A DNA stretch of 64,000 nt, from the sequence record NZ_CP090684.1. One strand, 5' to 3'. A program made the position numbers and the translations under genes. The notes below the pieces were generated by a model, which saw only the letters and a program-made list of their open reading frames with translations, was not told the DNA's origin and searched no databases. Below, in pieces: positions 48,925 to 57,671 of this stretch. The first letter of the stretch is position 1, and each line of letters opens with the position of its first letter. Origin of the DNA: a plasmid.

Positions 48925-49278
48925 TCAGACCACCTCAGAGACAGGGAAACCGGCTTCAGTGAGCTCACGGCGCGCATCGTCATCCCAGGTCGTCGGCGAC
49001 TCGGACTCACAGCGATACGCGTAGGCGATTGCCGCTTCGCGTGCGTCGGCCGACAGACCGCCGGTTACTTTGACCACGACCTCCCAGTATGTCCCGAAGT
49101 CGTGGGCGCTGCTCTTGATGAACAGGCTGGCACCGTCGGGGGGTTCGCCCAAGGTGCGCCTGATTTGGTTGATGAAGGCCGTGCATTCGGCTCGGCTACG
49201 CTCCAGGTAGCGCATGTCGCCCACTTGCGCACATGCCTCATCACATGGCGCTGGTCCAATCTCAATCGTTTCCACCAT
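48925..49278 (-). CDS. hypothetical protein (117 aa)
   Basis: Protein-like composition. Follows element E. Confidence 0.45.
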   Translation of the reverse strand: MVETIEIGPAPCDEACAQVGDMRYLERSRAECTAFINQIRRTLGEPPDGASLFIKSSAHDFGTYWEVVVKVTGGLSADAREAAIAYAYRCESESPTTWDDDARRELTEAGFPVSEVV

Positions 49279-49911
49279 CGTACAGCTCTCCTAAAAAATA
49301 TAGACTGACCGGGCCCCAAGATTCTGAGTCCCGGCGTGAAAGGTTCTGGCGAGTCGGCGGGCCGCGCTTCGCAGCTGCCGCCGTTCCCCTGAGTTCGTCG
49401 TCCCGCGACGCCTCGAGCGACGAGCCGGCGACGCGTCAAGGAGTCAAGCGCGGGGTGGGCGCGGGAGGGAGCGCAGTGACCGACACGGACCCCGCGCGCC
49501 TTGACGCGGCAGAGGCCGACGCTACGGTCGCGGGGAATGGACGACGAACGAGGGGGACGGGGGTGCGGACAGTGCTTGCTCCGTGACGAGCCGGAACGCC
49601 CGCGCGGCGAGCGCGCTATCCGAGCCGGCGCGACGCGAGGAGCGCCGCGAGGCTGGAGGGATGGCCCGCGCCGGGGCAAGTCCGCGGCACGCGGCGCAGC
49701 CCCAAGAGCGGAAGTGTCCGGATTCCGGGCCGCCGCGTGCGCAGCTTACGTGCCGGCCGGCAGCGCCGGCCGGCGCGGAAGGCGCTGCCCGGCGGCCCGC
49801 ATGTCACCGGCGATCCCGGTCGAGGACTCGGATCGCCGTCCCTGCCAATTGCGGTCCGATGGCGGTCCCATGGAGTGCGGTCGAGCGAGTTGAAGCTCAT
49901 GAAGATGACGG
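49279..49911 (-). repeat. leading-region hairpin element E
   Basis: Same core and arms as D. Distal half near-identical to D. Confidence 0.6.
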
Positions 49912-50325
49912 CTACCCGTCCCCCTGCTGCCCGCTTCGGCGGGCCTGGGTAGTGCGCGCAGGAGTTCGACACACGCGGTGGGCATCCATAGATCCATCGA
50001 ACGCCGCGGGTGGATCGCTCACTCGGCGTCCGAAGTCAACAATGGCGCGGTCAACGTTCGACACGAAGAATTCAACAGCAATTGCCTGAACAGTCGGAGC
50101 AAGCACGCCCGCGTTCGGGTAAAGCCGGTCGAGCGTCGCCATTTGGCGGAGGACCAGTCTGCTAATGTCTTTCCACGTTCTGTGGGGAGCACGTTGCCAC
50201 GCGTATAAGGCGTCAGTAACGATCGTGTTGAGGATGATGCGAATTTGTGCGTTCCGAACGCGGTTCGATGTGGCAAGCGGCCACTCTCGCGGCAACGTCA
50301 CGGAATACAAGTTGGATTCCTTCAT
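49912..50325 (-). CDS. hypothetical protein (137 aa; C-terminal end uncertain)
   Basis: Protein-like N-terminal 100 aa. C-terminal tail is GC-rich and runs into element E. Confidence 0.35.
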   Translation of the reverse strand: MKESNLYSVTLPREWPLATSNRVRNAQIRIILNTIVTDALYAWQRAPHRTWKDISRLVLRQMATLDRLYPNAGVLAPTVQAIAVEFFVSNVDRAIVDFGRRVSDPPAAFDGSMDAHRVCRTPARTTQARRSGQQGDG

Positions 50326-50384
50326 GATGGATTGCGTGACGCGGACACCGGATTGAGTGCCCGCGTCCGATCAGTTTTTTCAGT

Positions 50385-50918
50385 TTAGAGGTCCGCCCAT
50401 GCAACGTCGGCTTTCGTTTCCACTTCGCCGCCGAACATATGCTCGACCTGATACCGCACGCGCGCACGTGCACCGTCGATCACAAGCGTTCCGCGACCAA
50501 AGTAGCGGCCCAGCAGAGCTCGTTGTTCTTCCGCCCGGAGCTTGCCGCGCCACTTACCGTTGCAGTTCCCGATGCGATTTACGAGGAATAGGCGCAGTTT
50601 CGCTGCCTGTTCGTGCTGGTTCGGCGGCGGCGTCAGCACAAGCACGCCGTCCCGGTCAATCGGCGCGAGGTTTGTGTCTCGGTAGGTGCGCTTGTATTGG
50701 GTTGGGCCGATAGCCAGCCCCCAATCGACCGTATGCTGAATCCGTTGCCGTGCCTCTGATGAAGAGCGGGCAACCACCGAATCGTATGCGCGGCCGGCGC
50801 GCGACTTCCGGATATTGAAGAACGGGACACCCGGTCGCGATTCGAATCGTTCGACGTCGATTTGATAGTGGCCATGCTTGCCACCACCCTCCCATCGCTC
50901 AACTAGTTGCGCAGTCAT
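50385..50918 (-). CDS. hypothetical protein (177 aa)
   Basis: Protein-like composition. Overlaps the stop of the upstream gene. Confidence 0.45.
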   Translation of the reverse strand: MTAQLVERWEGGGKHGHYQIDVERFESRPGVPFFNIRKSRAGRAYDSVVARSSSEARQRIQHTVDWGLAIGPTQYKRTYRDTNLAPIDRDGVLVLTPPPNQHEQAAKLRLFLVNRIGNCNGKWRGKLRAEEQRALLGRYFGRGTLVIDGARARVRYQVEHMFGGEVETKADVAWADL

Positions 50919-51418
50919 GCTGCCTCCACACGACGGCCGAACAGCATCAGTGCGACTGCTTCGAGGCGTGCTGCTGTATCGATAAGGACGCCATCGTCGT
51001 CGGCAAGCACGGTGATGTAGCTGGATTCGCCGCGTGGACGACCAGCCGCATCTCGCGCAACGTGTACTACACTGACGCCGGCCGCCTGCAGCCCGCGCCG
51101 GGCATATTCCGCAAAGGTGTCTGCCTCGCCGTGCTCCCTTTCAACCCTTCGCATACGCTGCTGAATGCGTTCGATCTTGCGGACGGCAGCGCGCAATTCG
51201 CCCAATTCCGGGGTGAGACTGTTCAACACGACGCGATGGCCGAATGCCACTGCATGGTCGCGACTGACGAAGGCGCGAAGCTCAATCGTCCCCGAATACT
51301 CGTACCCCACCGCACTGACCACCGCGCGTTGAATCTCAACGACGAGTTCAGTAACGTTGTGGTCCCGTTCGACGTACAGCATGGCATGCAGTTGGGGTTT
51401 CGTTGCGCGTCGTGTCAT
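50915..51418 (-). CDS. hypothetical protein (167 aa)
   Basis: Start at Met40 of ORF 50915..51535, with GGAGC before the ATG. Follows element F. Confidence 0.4.
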   Translation of the reverse strand: MTRRATKPQLHAMLYVERDHNVTELVVEIQRAVVSAVGYEYSGTIELRAFVSRDHAVAFGHRVVLNSLTPELGELRAAVRKIERIQQRMRRVEREHGEADTFAEYARRGLQAAGVSVVHVARDAAGRPRGESSYITVLADDDGVLIDTAARLEAVALMLFGRRVEAA

Positions 51419-51810
51419 TGCATAGCTCCGTGGATGTTTGCTGACCGGGCCCCAAGATTCGGAGCCCTTCGTAGGGGTTTCCTTTCGGCGGACGCTGATT
51501 GGGTCGCAGCGTTGCCGCCGTTCCCCTGAGTTCATCGCCCTGCGACTCCGGAAGTTCGAGGAGGCGTCGCGTCAAGGAGGCAAGGGCGGGGGCGGTGCGG
51601 GACGAAGCGCAGCGAAGGACACGGCCCCGCACGCCTTGACGCGAGGCTGACGAGGACTACGGTCGCAGAACTGGGCGATGACGGGGAACGGTGCGTAACG
51701 CGTGACCTGCGATCGCGCGAAAGGCCCGCGCGGGTAGCGCCTGTTCGCGCAGCGAAGCGGAGCGACTGGAATGGGCGGCAAGCGCCGGGCGAAGCCCTGG
51801 AGCGTTCAGT
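51419..51810 (-). repeat. leading-region hairpin element F
   Basis: Core GCTGACCGGGCCCCAAGATTCGGAGCCC. CCGTTCCCCTGAGTTCATCGCCCTGCGAC. GTCAAGGAGGCAAGGGCGGGGG...CCTTGAC. Confidence 0.55.
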
Positions 51811-52196
51811 TTGTTTCCCGGTCCGTGGCGAGTTTCCTCGCCACGGATCCGGCTCGATGCCGACAGCTTTACCGCTGAAAGGCCTGATATTGGGCAGCAA
51901 CGACCACTTAGGTCGCGCGTGTGGCGCTATGGTCGCCCCCGATCCCCCGACGCGTACTCCGAAATCGAGGGGGCGACCGCGCAAACCGCCCTCCTCTCGC
52001 GCTTTCGACGCTATTGGCGCCTGGTCCCGCATCGGCCCGATGCGACGAGCCGCAGCGAGTGCGAGTACCCTGCAATGGCAAAAAACCCCACAGCTCCGAC
52101 CGCGCGCACTTACGGGCGACCGTCGCTGCCGCCATCTCGGTGTTGTTTGACTGAAGGTGCTGGGCACGGACCTTGAGAATTCCAGCACTCGTTTGC

Positions 52197-53990
52197 TCAA
52201 AGCACGAACGGCAGGTCTGCTTGCGCACTGGAGGTCGTTGCCTTGTGTGCCCATGCAGTGCGCGCCGGCGACGGCAACGCCGCAAAACGCACCGCGCGGC
52301 GAAGCAGATCAGCAACGGCATAGTCGAGCGTTAGTCCAAGCCGATCTTTGAAATCTGTACGACGCGCGATCTCGTCGTGTTCTCGTTGCTGTGCTCGTGA
52401 CAATGTCAGCGTGCCATAGTTTAGGTACCAACGGTACCCAGCCGTGATGCCTCCAGGGAAGAATCCGGCATCATGCATTTCGACCAGGCGCTCGAATTCG
52501 AAGTCCAGGATCATCTCGGCCGATTCCTCGTCGACTTCGAACCGCTTACCGGTCGGCACCTCCCAAGTGGTTCGCCCGCCCTTGAGATGGTGAACTTTCC
52601 GAGCACATGGAGAGTCTTCAGTCAAAGCCTCGAACAGCGGATCTCGGAACCCTGTCCACTGATCCGCGGTGTCGTCCCAGTGCTCTCCGACATGCAGAAA
52701 CATAGGCTCCGGCATTGGCTGCGGCGCGACCGGCATAACGTCCGGAACATCGTATCGAACGCCGTTGCAGTAGATGTCACGATAGTCAGCCCATATCGCG
52801 AAGGGTGGTGCCAGGCCTTGAAGCGATTGCATAGCATCGACGGCAATCATCATCGTCAAGGGCAACGTTTGAAATTTGGGCCGCGATCCAGTGCGCTTTG
52901 CGCGGACCAGCTCGTCTCGGTCGATCGTCATCATGTACCGCACAAGCTCTCGCACAGTGGCCGCGTTGAATGTGTCCGGCTCTATGCAGATGTAGCCTTC
53001 TTTAATGGTACGACCGACCCAATTTCGGCGGGACCAGTCATACCGAATCGCACGGATGAACTTGTTGAGGCGGTTCAGTCCACTCGCATACGCGTAGCGA
53101 TCCTCATCAAATTTGATCATCTCTTCGAGCGATCGGTCTTCCGCCTGTTGGCACGTCCAACATCCTGTCCGCGCGTCGCAGTGCCCCCTGCGCTTCCGTT
53201 TTCCGGCCGACGCCTCTTCGAATGAGAGGTCTGAGACGATCGCGCAGCTGCTGTTGCCTGCGTGCGCATAGATTCGCGAGGTTTCTCGGAAGTCCGTGTA
53301 GGTAGACCGAAGACCTGACGTTACTTCGCCGATGTACTCCCAGACGTCCTCAGTCTCCCAGTCAGCGATCACACACAGCGTGAGGTCACCCTCGTCGTTG
53401 CGCACGGGTGTATCGGCACGATCGCCACGGGCTTGCATGCCGGCCTTCCGCTTCGCGCTTTCGGCAAACCTCGATCCGAGGCATACGACCGGCTCAGCAT
53501 ACCCCTGCTGCTTCGCAGCGCGCGCGAGTTGATTTCGGAACACTCTGGAAGGCTCGATCTTCAAGCTCACTGAGCAGTCCGAGTTCGTACCTGCATAGCT
53601 TGGGAGCGCTCGACCGCTGAGAATCGTGACCTGCCAAGAGGTGGCCAGTGACGGCGCGACCGTTTGCACGTGGACCCTGACGTTGTGCCGCTTTCCGTAC
53701 GCGTGCATTTTCGCCAACTCCCGCTGGGCGTGCGCTACGATCTCAGGCGACTCGACCCCGGTGTCAGCGGTAACGACGTAGACGACCGCCTCGCCTCCTT
53801 CTGCCGCGTGTCGACGGGCGGCTTCGAGAGTCAGCGCCGCTACGACGCCACTGTCCTTACCGGCGCTGAACTGGCAGATCGCGATACGGCGCTCGTGAAA
53901 TAGCCGCCGCAAGGCCGCGACGGCACGCTCTACTCGCTGATCAAGCGTCGGCCGTTGTTGAAGATGAGGAAACAAATCGATCGTTTGCAT
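52197..53990 (-). CDS. PAPS-reductase-like (PP-loop ATPase) family protein, IbrA/DndC-like, 597 aa
   Basis: PP-loop motif QFSAGKDSGVVAALT (SGGKDS-like). Long C-terminal extension. Confidence 0.6.
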   Translation of the reverse strand: MQTIDLFPHLQQRPTLDQRVERAVAALRRLFHERRIAICQFSAGKDSGVVAALTLEAARRHAAEGGEAVVYVVTADTGVESPEIVAHAQRELAKMHAYGKRHNVRVHVQTVAPSLATSWQVTILSGRALPSYAGTNSDCSVSLKIEPSRVFRNQLARAAKQQGYAEPVVCLGSRFAESAKRKAGMQARGDRADTPVRNDEGDLTLCVIADWETEDVWEYIGEVTSGLRSTYTDFRETSRIYAHAGNSSCAIVSDLSFEEASAGKRKRRGHCDARTGCWTCQQAEDRSLEEMIKFDEDRYAYASGLNRLNKFIRAIRYDWSRRNWVGRTIKEGYICIEPDTFNAATVRELVRYMMTIDRDELVRAKRTGSRPKFQTLPLTMMIAVDAMQSLQGLAPPFAIWADYRDIYCNGVRYDVPDVMPVAPQPMPEPMFLHVGEHWDDTADQWTGFRDPLFEALTEDSPCARKVHHLKGGRTTWEVPTGKRFEVDEESAEMILDFEFERLVEMHDAGFFPGGITAGYRWYLNYGTLTLSRAQQREHDEIARRTDFKDRLGLTLDYAVADLLRRAVRFAALPSPARTAWAHKATTSSAQADLPFVL

Positions 53991-54480
53991 GGCTGCTCTA
54001 TCCGCATGTTGGGTGGCGCCGGGCCCATAGATTCCGAGTCCCGGCGTAAGCCGTTCTGTCGAGTCGGCGGGGCCGCTGCTGCGCCTGCCGCCGTTCCCCT
54101 GAGTTCGTCGTCCCGCGACGATCGGAGCGAGGACCGGAGCAACGTCAAGGGCGACGCGCGGGGCGGTGCGGGATGGAGCGCAGCGACTGACACGGCCCCG
54201 CGCGCCTTGATGGTGCGCAGGCCGCAGCTACAGTCGCGGAGATGGACGACGAATGAGGGGGAAGAAGGAGTCAGGGCGTGACGTCGCGCGAGACAGAACG
54301 CCGCGCGGCGAGCGCCCTTTCACGCGGCAAGCGCCAGCGGCGCCGCGTGACACAATTTCGGCCTTTTAGTGCGCAGGACGGTAGAACAGCGCACTCGTCA
54401 GATACCGTCGCGCGGTACGGGTGGGGCTGGCGCACCGGTCCACCCGTACCGCGCGACGGCTGGTTCCTAACGCGGATCCG
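53991..54480 (-). repeat. leading-region hairpin element G
   Basis: Core GGCGCCGGGCCCATAGATTCCGAGTCCCGGCG. Arms CCGTTCCCCTGAGTTCGTCGTCCCGCGACG / GTCGCGGAGATGGACGACGAATGAGGGGGAAG. Distal ACGCCGCGCGGCGAGCGCCC. Confidence 0.6.
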
Positions 54481-54483
54481 CGG

Positions 54484-54753
54484 CTAGAAGCGTCCGGCGA
54501 TCTTCGGTTCAATTACGGCGAAGAGCGCTGCCGACTGCTCGGCGTCGAGTCCGCTGGTAAGCGCGTAGTCGATGCAACGCAAAGCGACACGCTTCGCTTC
54601 CGCTTCGAGCGCACAAACGTCAAAGAGGCTGCAGATCATGTCGGGGTGCACGATAGACGCGAGTACGTCGAGTAGCGACTCATTGCGACTATCAATGCTG
54701 GCGTCTAGGACAGCCAAGGCGTCAACGAAGGGTTGTGGAAGCGTTCGGATCAT
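54484..54753 (-). CDS. hypothetical small protein (89 aa)
   Basis: Met at MIRTLPQPFVD. AT-rich promoter-like region upstream, around 54820-54900. Confidence 0.4.
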   Translation of the reverse strand: MIRTLPQPFVDALAVLDASIDSRNESLLDVLASIVHPDMICSLFDVCALEAEAKRVALRCIDYALTSGLDAEQSAALFAVIEPKIAGRF

Positions 54754-55439
54754 GGCTGAAAAAAAGCCGGACAAGCCGCGGCCGCGTACATCAAACCACC
54801 GCGCGTGGTGGTTCTTGACCGACAGAAAATATTAATTCTTATCACTTAATGAAATGACGATACTTTTAAACGTATATTGCAAACGGAGCCATTGTACGGT
54901 TAAATTAACCGGCCCTGACGATCAGGGCGTCTCTAGCAGTTCTCTTTCCCAAAGGCAGTCAAAGGCCCGCGCAAGCGGGCCTTTGGCTTTGTGCAGCGGG
55001 CATGGCCAAAAGTTAAGCACGTCGGGCGGCCCTTGTTGCCCGCGTCCGCGCCGCACGTTAGATCCGACGCGTTCGTCGGGACCGCTTCCACTAAACCGCT
55101 ATCGATCGCTGGGCGCCCCGCACGCTCATAGGTGCGCCTTGCCGGGGCGTTGCGCCCTGTTGGTATGGTCAGTTTCGCGAGCGAACGCTTATCCGCGCGC
55201 TGACCGGTTGCCCAGCGCCCTCGGCGCCTCAACCCCTTTCGGACTCTTCCGGACCGCGCCAAGAGCCTCTACGCGCTTCCATGGGAGCCTTTTTCAGACC
55301 GCGAGCCCCCTCCTTGCAGAGCATGGGGTAGACGGTGGTTGCGCGAGGGCGCGTCTCGGCAATGGGCGAGCACACGAGCGCGTTGATCACCGGGGTGGCG
55401 GGCCACCCCGGTGATCTTTTACGCGCACTTGGGGGCCGG

Positions 55440-55680
55440 CGTGCCATAGGCACGTCGGCGCCTTAGTGCCTGCCGCGCGAAAGGGGTGACTTGAGGGGGG
55501 TGTTTCGTATCCATGCCCCGTAGGGGCCACGATATTGCAGTTCGGGGGGGGGGGCCGGGTGGGTGGGGCCGGCTTTAGCCGGCGAACCCGGCCGGGGGGG
55601 CTCTTTGGAGCCCCCCCTCACTGAGGGTGGCGCCGTTCCATTCCGGAGTTAAAACCAAGTTAAAAAATTCGGTTAACCGC
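55440..55680. other. G-rich highly structured block followed by AT-rich direct repeats (candidate DNA-unwinding element)
   Basis: G11 run. Perfect 10-bp hairpin GGGGGGGCTC-TTT-GGAGCCCCCCC. GGCCGGCTTTAGCCGGC. Then GAGTTAAAACCAAGTTAAAAAATTCGGTTAACC, with GTTAA(AA) x3. Confidence 0.45.
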
Positions 55681-55732
55681 GCGCGCGTTTACGCATTTGC
55701 TGAACGCCGGTGCACAAGGGACATGGGCTGAT

Positions 55733-56141
55733 GAGGTGGTCCGTTCGACGCGCGACCGGTGGTGCGAAAGACGATCTCTGCGGGACTGATAGACGCGCAC
55801 GGTGGCGCCATAGACGCACAGCATCCGGACTTATCCACAGATTCGGTTCCGGTGGTCCAATAGACGCCCGCAAAAAATACAGCGAACACATGGCACTCGC
55901 CTGCCGCGCCGGCTGGTCCTACTGCAGAAACCCTTACTGCGTAAGCTATTGAAAGAACATGACCTTCAACTCCGGTGGTGCGATAGACGTCCCGAACGGT
56001 GGTGCGATCGACACTTCAGGAGCGACAAAGCCTCGCGACAGAGTGGTGCAATAGACGCCGGATTATGGTGGCGTGATAGACACGACGCCTCGTCACCTCG
56101 CCGGGAACGTGTCGGTTAGCGTGAGGTGGCGCGATAGACGT
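55733..56141 (+). repeat. array of ~10 direct 17-bp iterons, consensus GGTGGYGCRATAGACGY
   Basis: Copies: GGTGGTGCGAAAGACGA, GGTGGCGCCATAGACGC, GGTGGTCCAATAGACGC, GGTGGTGCGATAGACGT, GGTGGTGCGATCGACAC, AGTGGTGCAATAGACGC, GGTGGCGTGATAGACAC, GGTGGCGCGATAGACGT, plus two degenerate copies. All in the same orientation with irregular spacing. Confidence 0.7.
55831..55839 (+). promoter_or_regulatory. consensus DnaA box TTATCCACA inside the iteron array
   Basis: Exact 9-mer match, between iterons 4 and 5. Confidence 0.5.
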
Positions 56142-56405
56142 ATCAGCCGACGCAACAATCGATCGGTACAGTATCCATGCGAGCCGTATGAATTCTCCCG
56201 CCGGATACTCGGTCTCGATGCTGATACACGAGCGCGGTTTGGCAGTGGCGGCCTGCCCGTTGGAGTCCGGTTGATTAAGTTGCCGCACGCGTTGCGATCT
56301 CAATTACGGTCGCGATGGAGACGCTAGCCAGGCCGAACGCGCCGGTCCCTTCACTCAGATCCGAACCCTACGGAAGCTGGAAAAAAGCGGGTGGAGGTTC
56401 TCGTA

Positions 56406-56630
56406 TCAGTGAGGGTTCTGTGCGTCGAAGCAGTCCTCAACCCAAGCCCACCGACCGTTAGCAAGCCCGCACCATTCTTGCCCTTCTCCGGTCCATCGGT
56501 TGATTCGAACCGTACCTTCACGATCGTATTGGTACCGAAGCATGATGGCAGCAATCAGCACCGCGAAGGCAATCGCGAATGCAAGCCAGCTAAGTCCTTT
56601 GTCTGCGTTCATCTTCGCGACCTCGTTCAT
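56406..56630 (-). CDS. small membrane protein (75 aa)
   Basis: Hydrophobic helix LSWLAFAIAFAVLIAAIML. Last gene of a tightly packed six-gene minus-strand cluster. Confidence 0.35.
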   Translation of the reverse strand: MNEVAKMNADKGLSWLAFAIAFAVLIAAIMLRYQYDREGTVRINRWTGEGQEWCGLANGRWAWVEDCFDAQNPH

Positions 56631-56646
56631 GGACCGCTTTCCGTTG

Positions 56647-56832
56647 TTATAGACCAAGAGCGCGACAGGCGTCTGCCCACGCCCACGATTCGCGTTGGCC
56701 ATAACCGACAGGCTTGCGCGAGTTAGGCTTCAGTTTGACGACATATCGCACGCGCCCTCCGGCGAACGTGCCGACTTCGCGCACTACCACTGCGTCCGGA
56801 TGTTTCGCTCTCAGGCGCTGTTTTGCCGTCAT
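56647..56832 (-). CDS. small basic protein (61 aa)
   Basis: Protein-like composition. 31-nt spacing to the neighbouring gene. Confidence 0.3.
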   Translation of the reverse strand: MTAKQRLRAKHPDAVVVREVGTFAGGRVRYVVKLKPNSRKPVGYGQRESWAWADACRALGL

Positions 56833-56889
56833 CGCTTTTCCTATCGCACTTCGCGGCACATCGCGTGCCCCCTCGATCTGGCCGACCCG

Positions 56890-57210
56890 TTACTTCGGTG
56901 AGTGCGCCAGCACGACCGACCCAGCCGCGTATCCCGGCTCAGCGTTGAGGTTCCGCAACGGCACGATGAGGGAGACGCGTGAAACGACAGCATCCTCGCA
57001 TGTCTTTTCCGTGATGGTGATTTGCCAACCAATCGACGGCTGAAGTGTACCAACGTACTTGCAATGCGCAGCGTCACTCAGGCGGATTATCCGAGGATTT
57101 GCGTCTTGCAAGCTCGTCTCCAGCATCAAAGGAACTTGCTGGCCCGCTGCCGCGCTTGTTGCAAGCGTCGCCAGTGTCACAGTCAGCGACAGCTTCTTCA
57201 TCGCGTTCAC
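56890..57210 (-). CDS. small secreted protein (106 aa)
   Basis: Signal peptide MNAMKKLSLTVTLATLATSAAAGQ. Confidence 0.45.
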   Translation of the reverse strand: MNAMKKLSLTVTLATLATSAAAGQQVPLMLETSLQDANPRIIRLSDAAHCKYVGTLQPSIGWQITITEKTCEDAVVSRVSLIVPLRNLNAEPGYAAGSVVLAHSPK

Positions 57211-57212
57211 CG

Positions 57213-57398
57213 TTACAGGTCGTATTTCGCGCGCAATTCAACAATCCGCTCTAAGCGCGCGTGATGCGCCGCGCGAGCTTCTGCCGAAACGTCCGCGAGA
57301 TTCACCTTTCCGCAGGCGACCGACGTTTCCCATTGAGTCGTTTCCTCAACAAGGTTGACGAGCTCCCGCATTTCGCGCTTCATCATGTCGAACACCAT
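57213..57398 (-). CDS. small hypothetical protein (61 aa)
   Basis: 3-nt gap to the downstream gene. Helical, charged. Confidence 0.35.
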   Translation of the reverse strand: MVFDMMKREMRELVNLVEETTQWETSVACGKVNLADVSAEARAAHHARLERIVELRAKYDL

Positions 57399-57413
57399 CC
57401 CTTTCCCCTGTTC

Positions 57414-57656
57414 CTAGCCGTTAGTGAGGCCGTGAGCACCCACGCCGCGCATGAGCCGTTGCGCAATAAGACGCACGATCGCGATCGCCTCTCCGTCGTC
57501 GGACGCGAGTTCACCAAGAAGCATGGCCCGCGCAACAGCATCGCACTGCGCCGGGACTGACGCTTGGGTGAGAACAACCGCGCTCTCGTAGCCCTCAGTG
57601 CCGAGCAGCTTCTGAACTGCTCGGTCAAAATCACTTCGCTTGACGTCCATCATCAC
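57414..57656 (-). CDS. small hypothetical protein (80 aa)
   Basis: 16-nt gaps to both flanking genes. Confidence 0.4.
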   Translation of the reverse strand: MMMDVKRSDFDRAVQKLLGTEGYESAVVLTQASVPAQCDAVARAMLLGELASDDGEAIAIVRLIAQRLMRGVGAHGLTNG

Positions 57657-57671
57657 GCCTTTTCTCAGTTC

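Noticed and set aside
38133-54480. Hairpin-element family as REP/BIME-type chromosomal repeats or as simple rho-independent terminators
   Set aside because: Elements are 400-650 bp, far larger than REPs. They always sit upstream (5') of genes in the same orientation with the start-proximal core adjacent to the RBS. Separate short terminator hairpins with T-runs are found at their distal ends. A KorB-like operator function for the core palindrome cannot be excluded and is noted as an alternative.
54854-55414. 186-aa plus-strand ORF across the structured region before the iterons
   Set aside because: Arg/Pro/Gly-rich product with no RBS. The region is better explained as structured non-coding origin-flanking DNA.
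55733-56141. Direct-repeat array as a possible CRISPR array
   Set aside because: Repeats are only 17 bp, degenerate, irregularly spaced (25-110 bp) with no cas genes. A DnaA box and AT-rich block point to an iteron origin or centromere instead.
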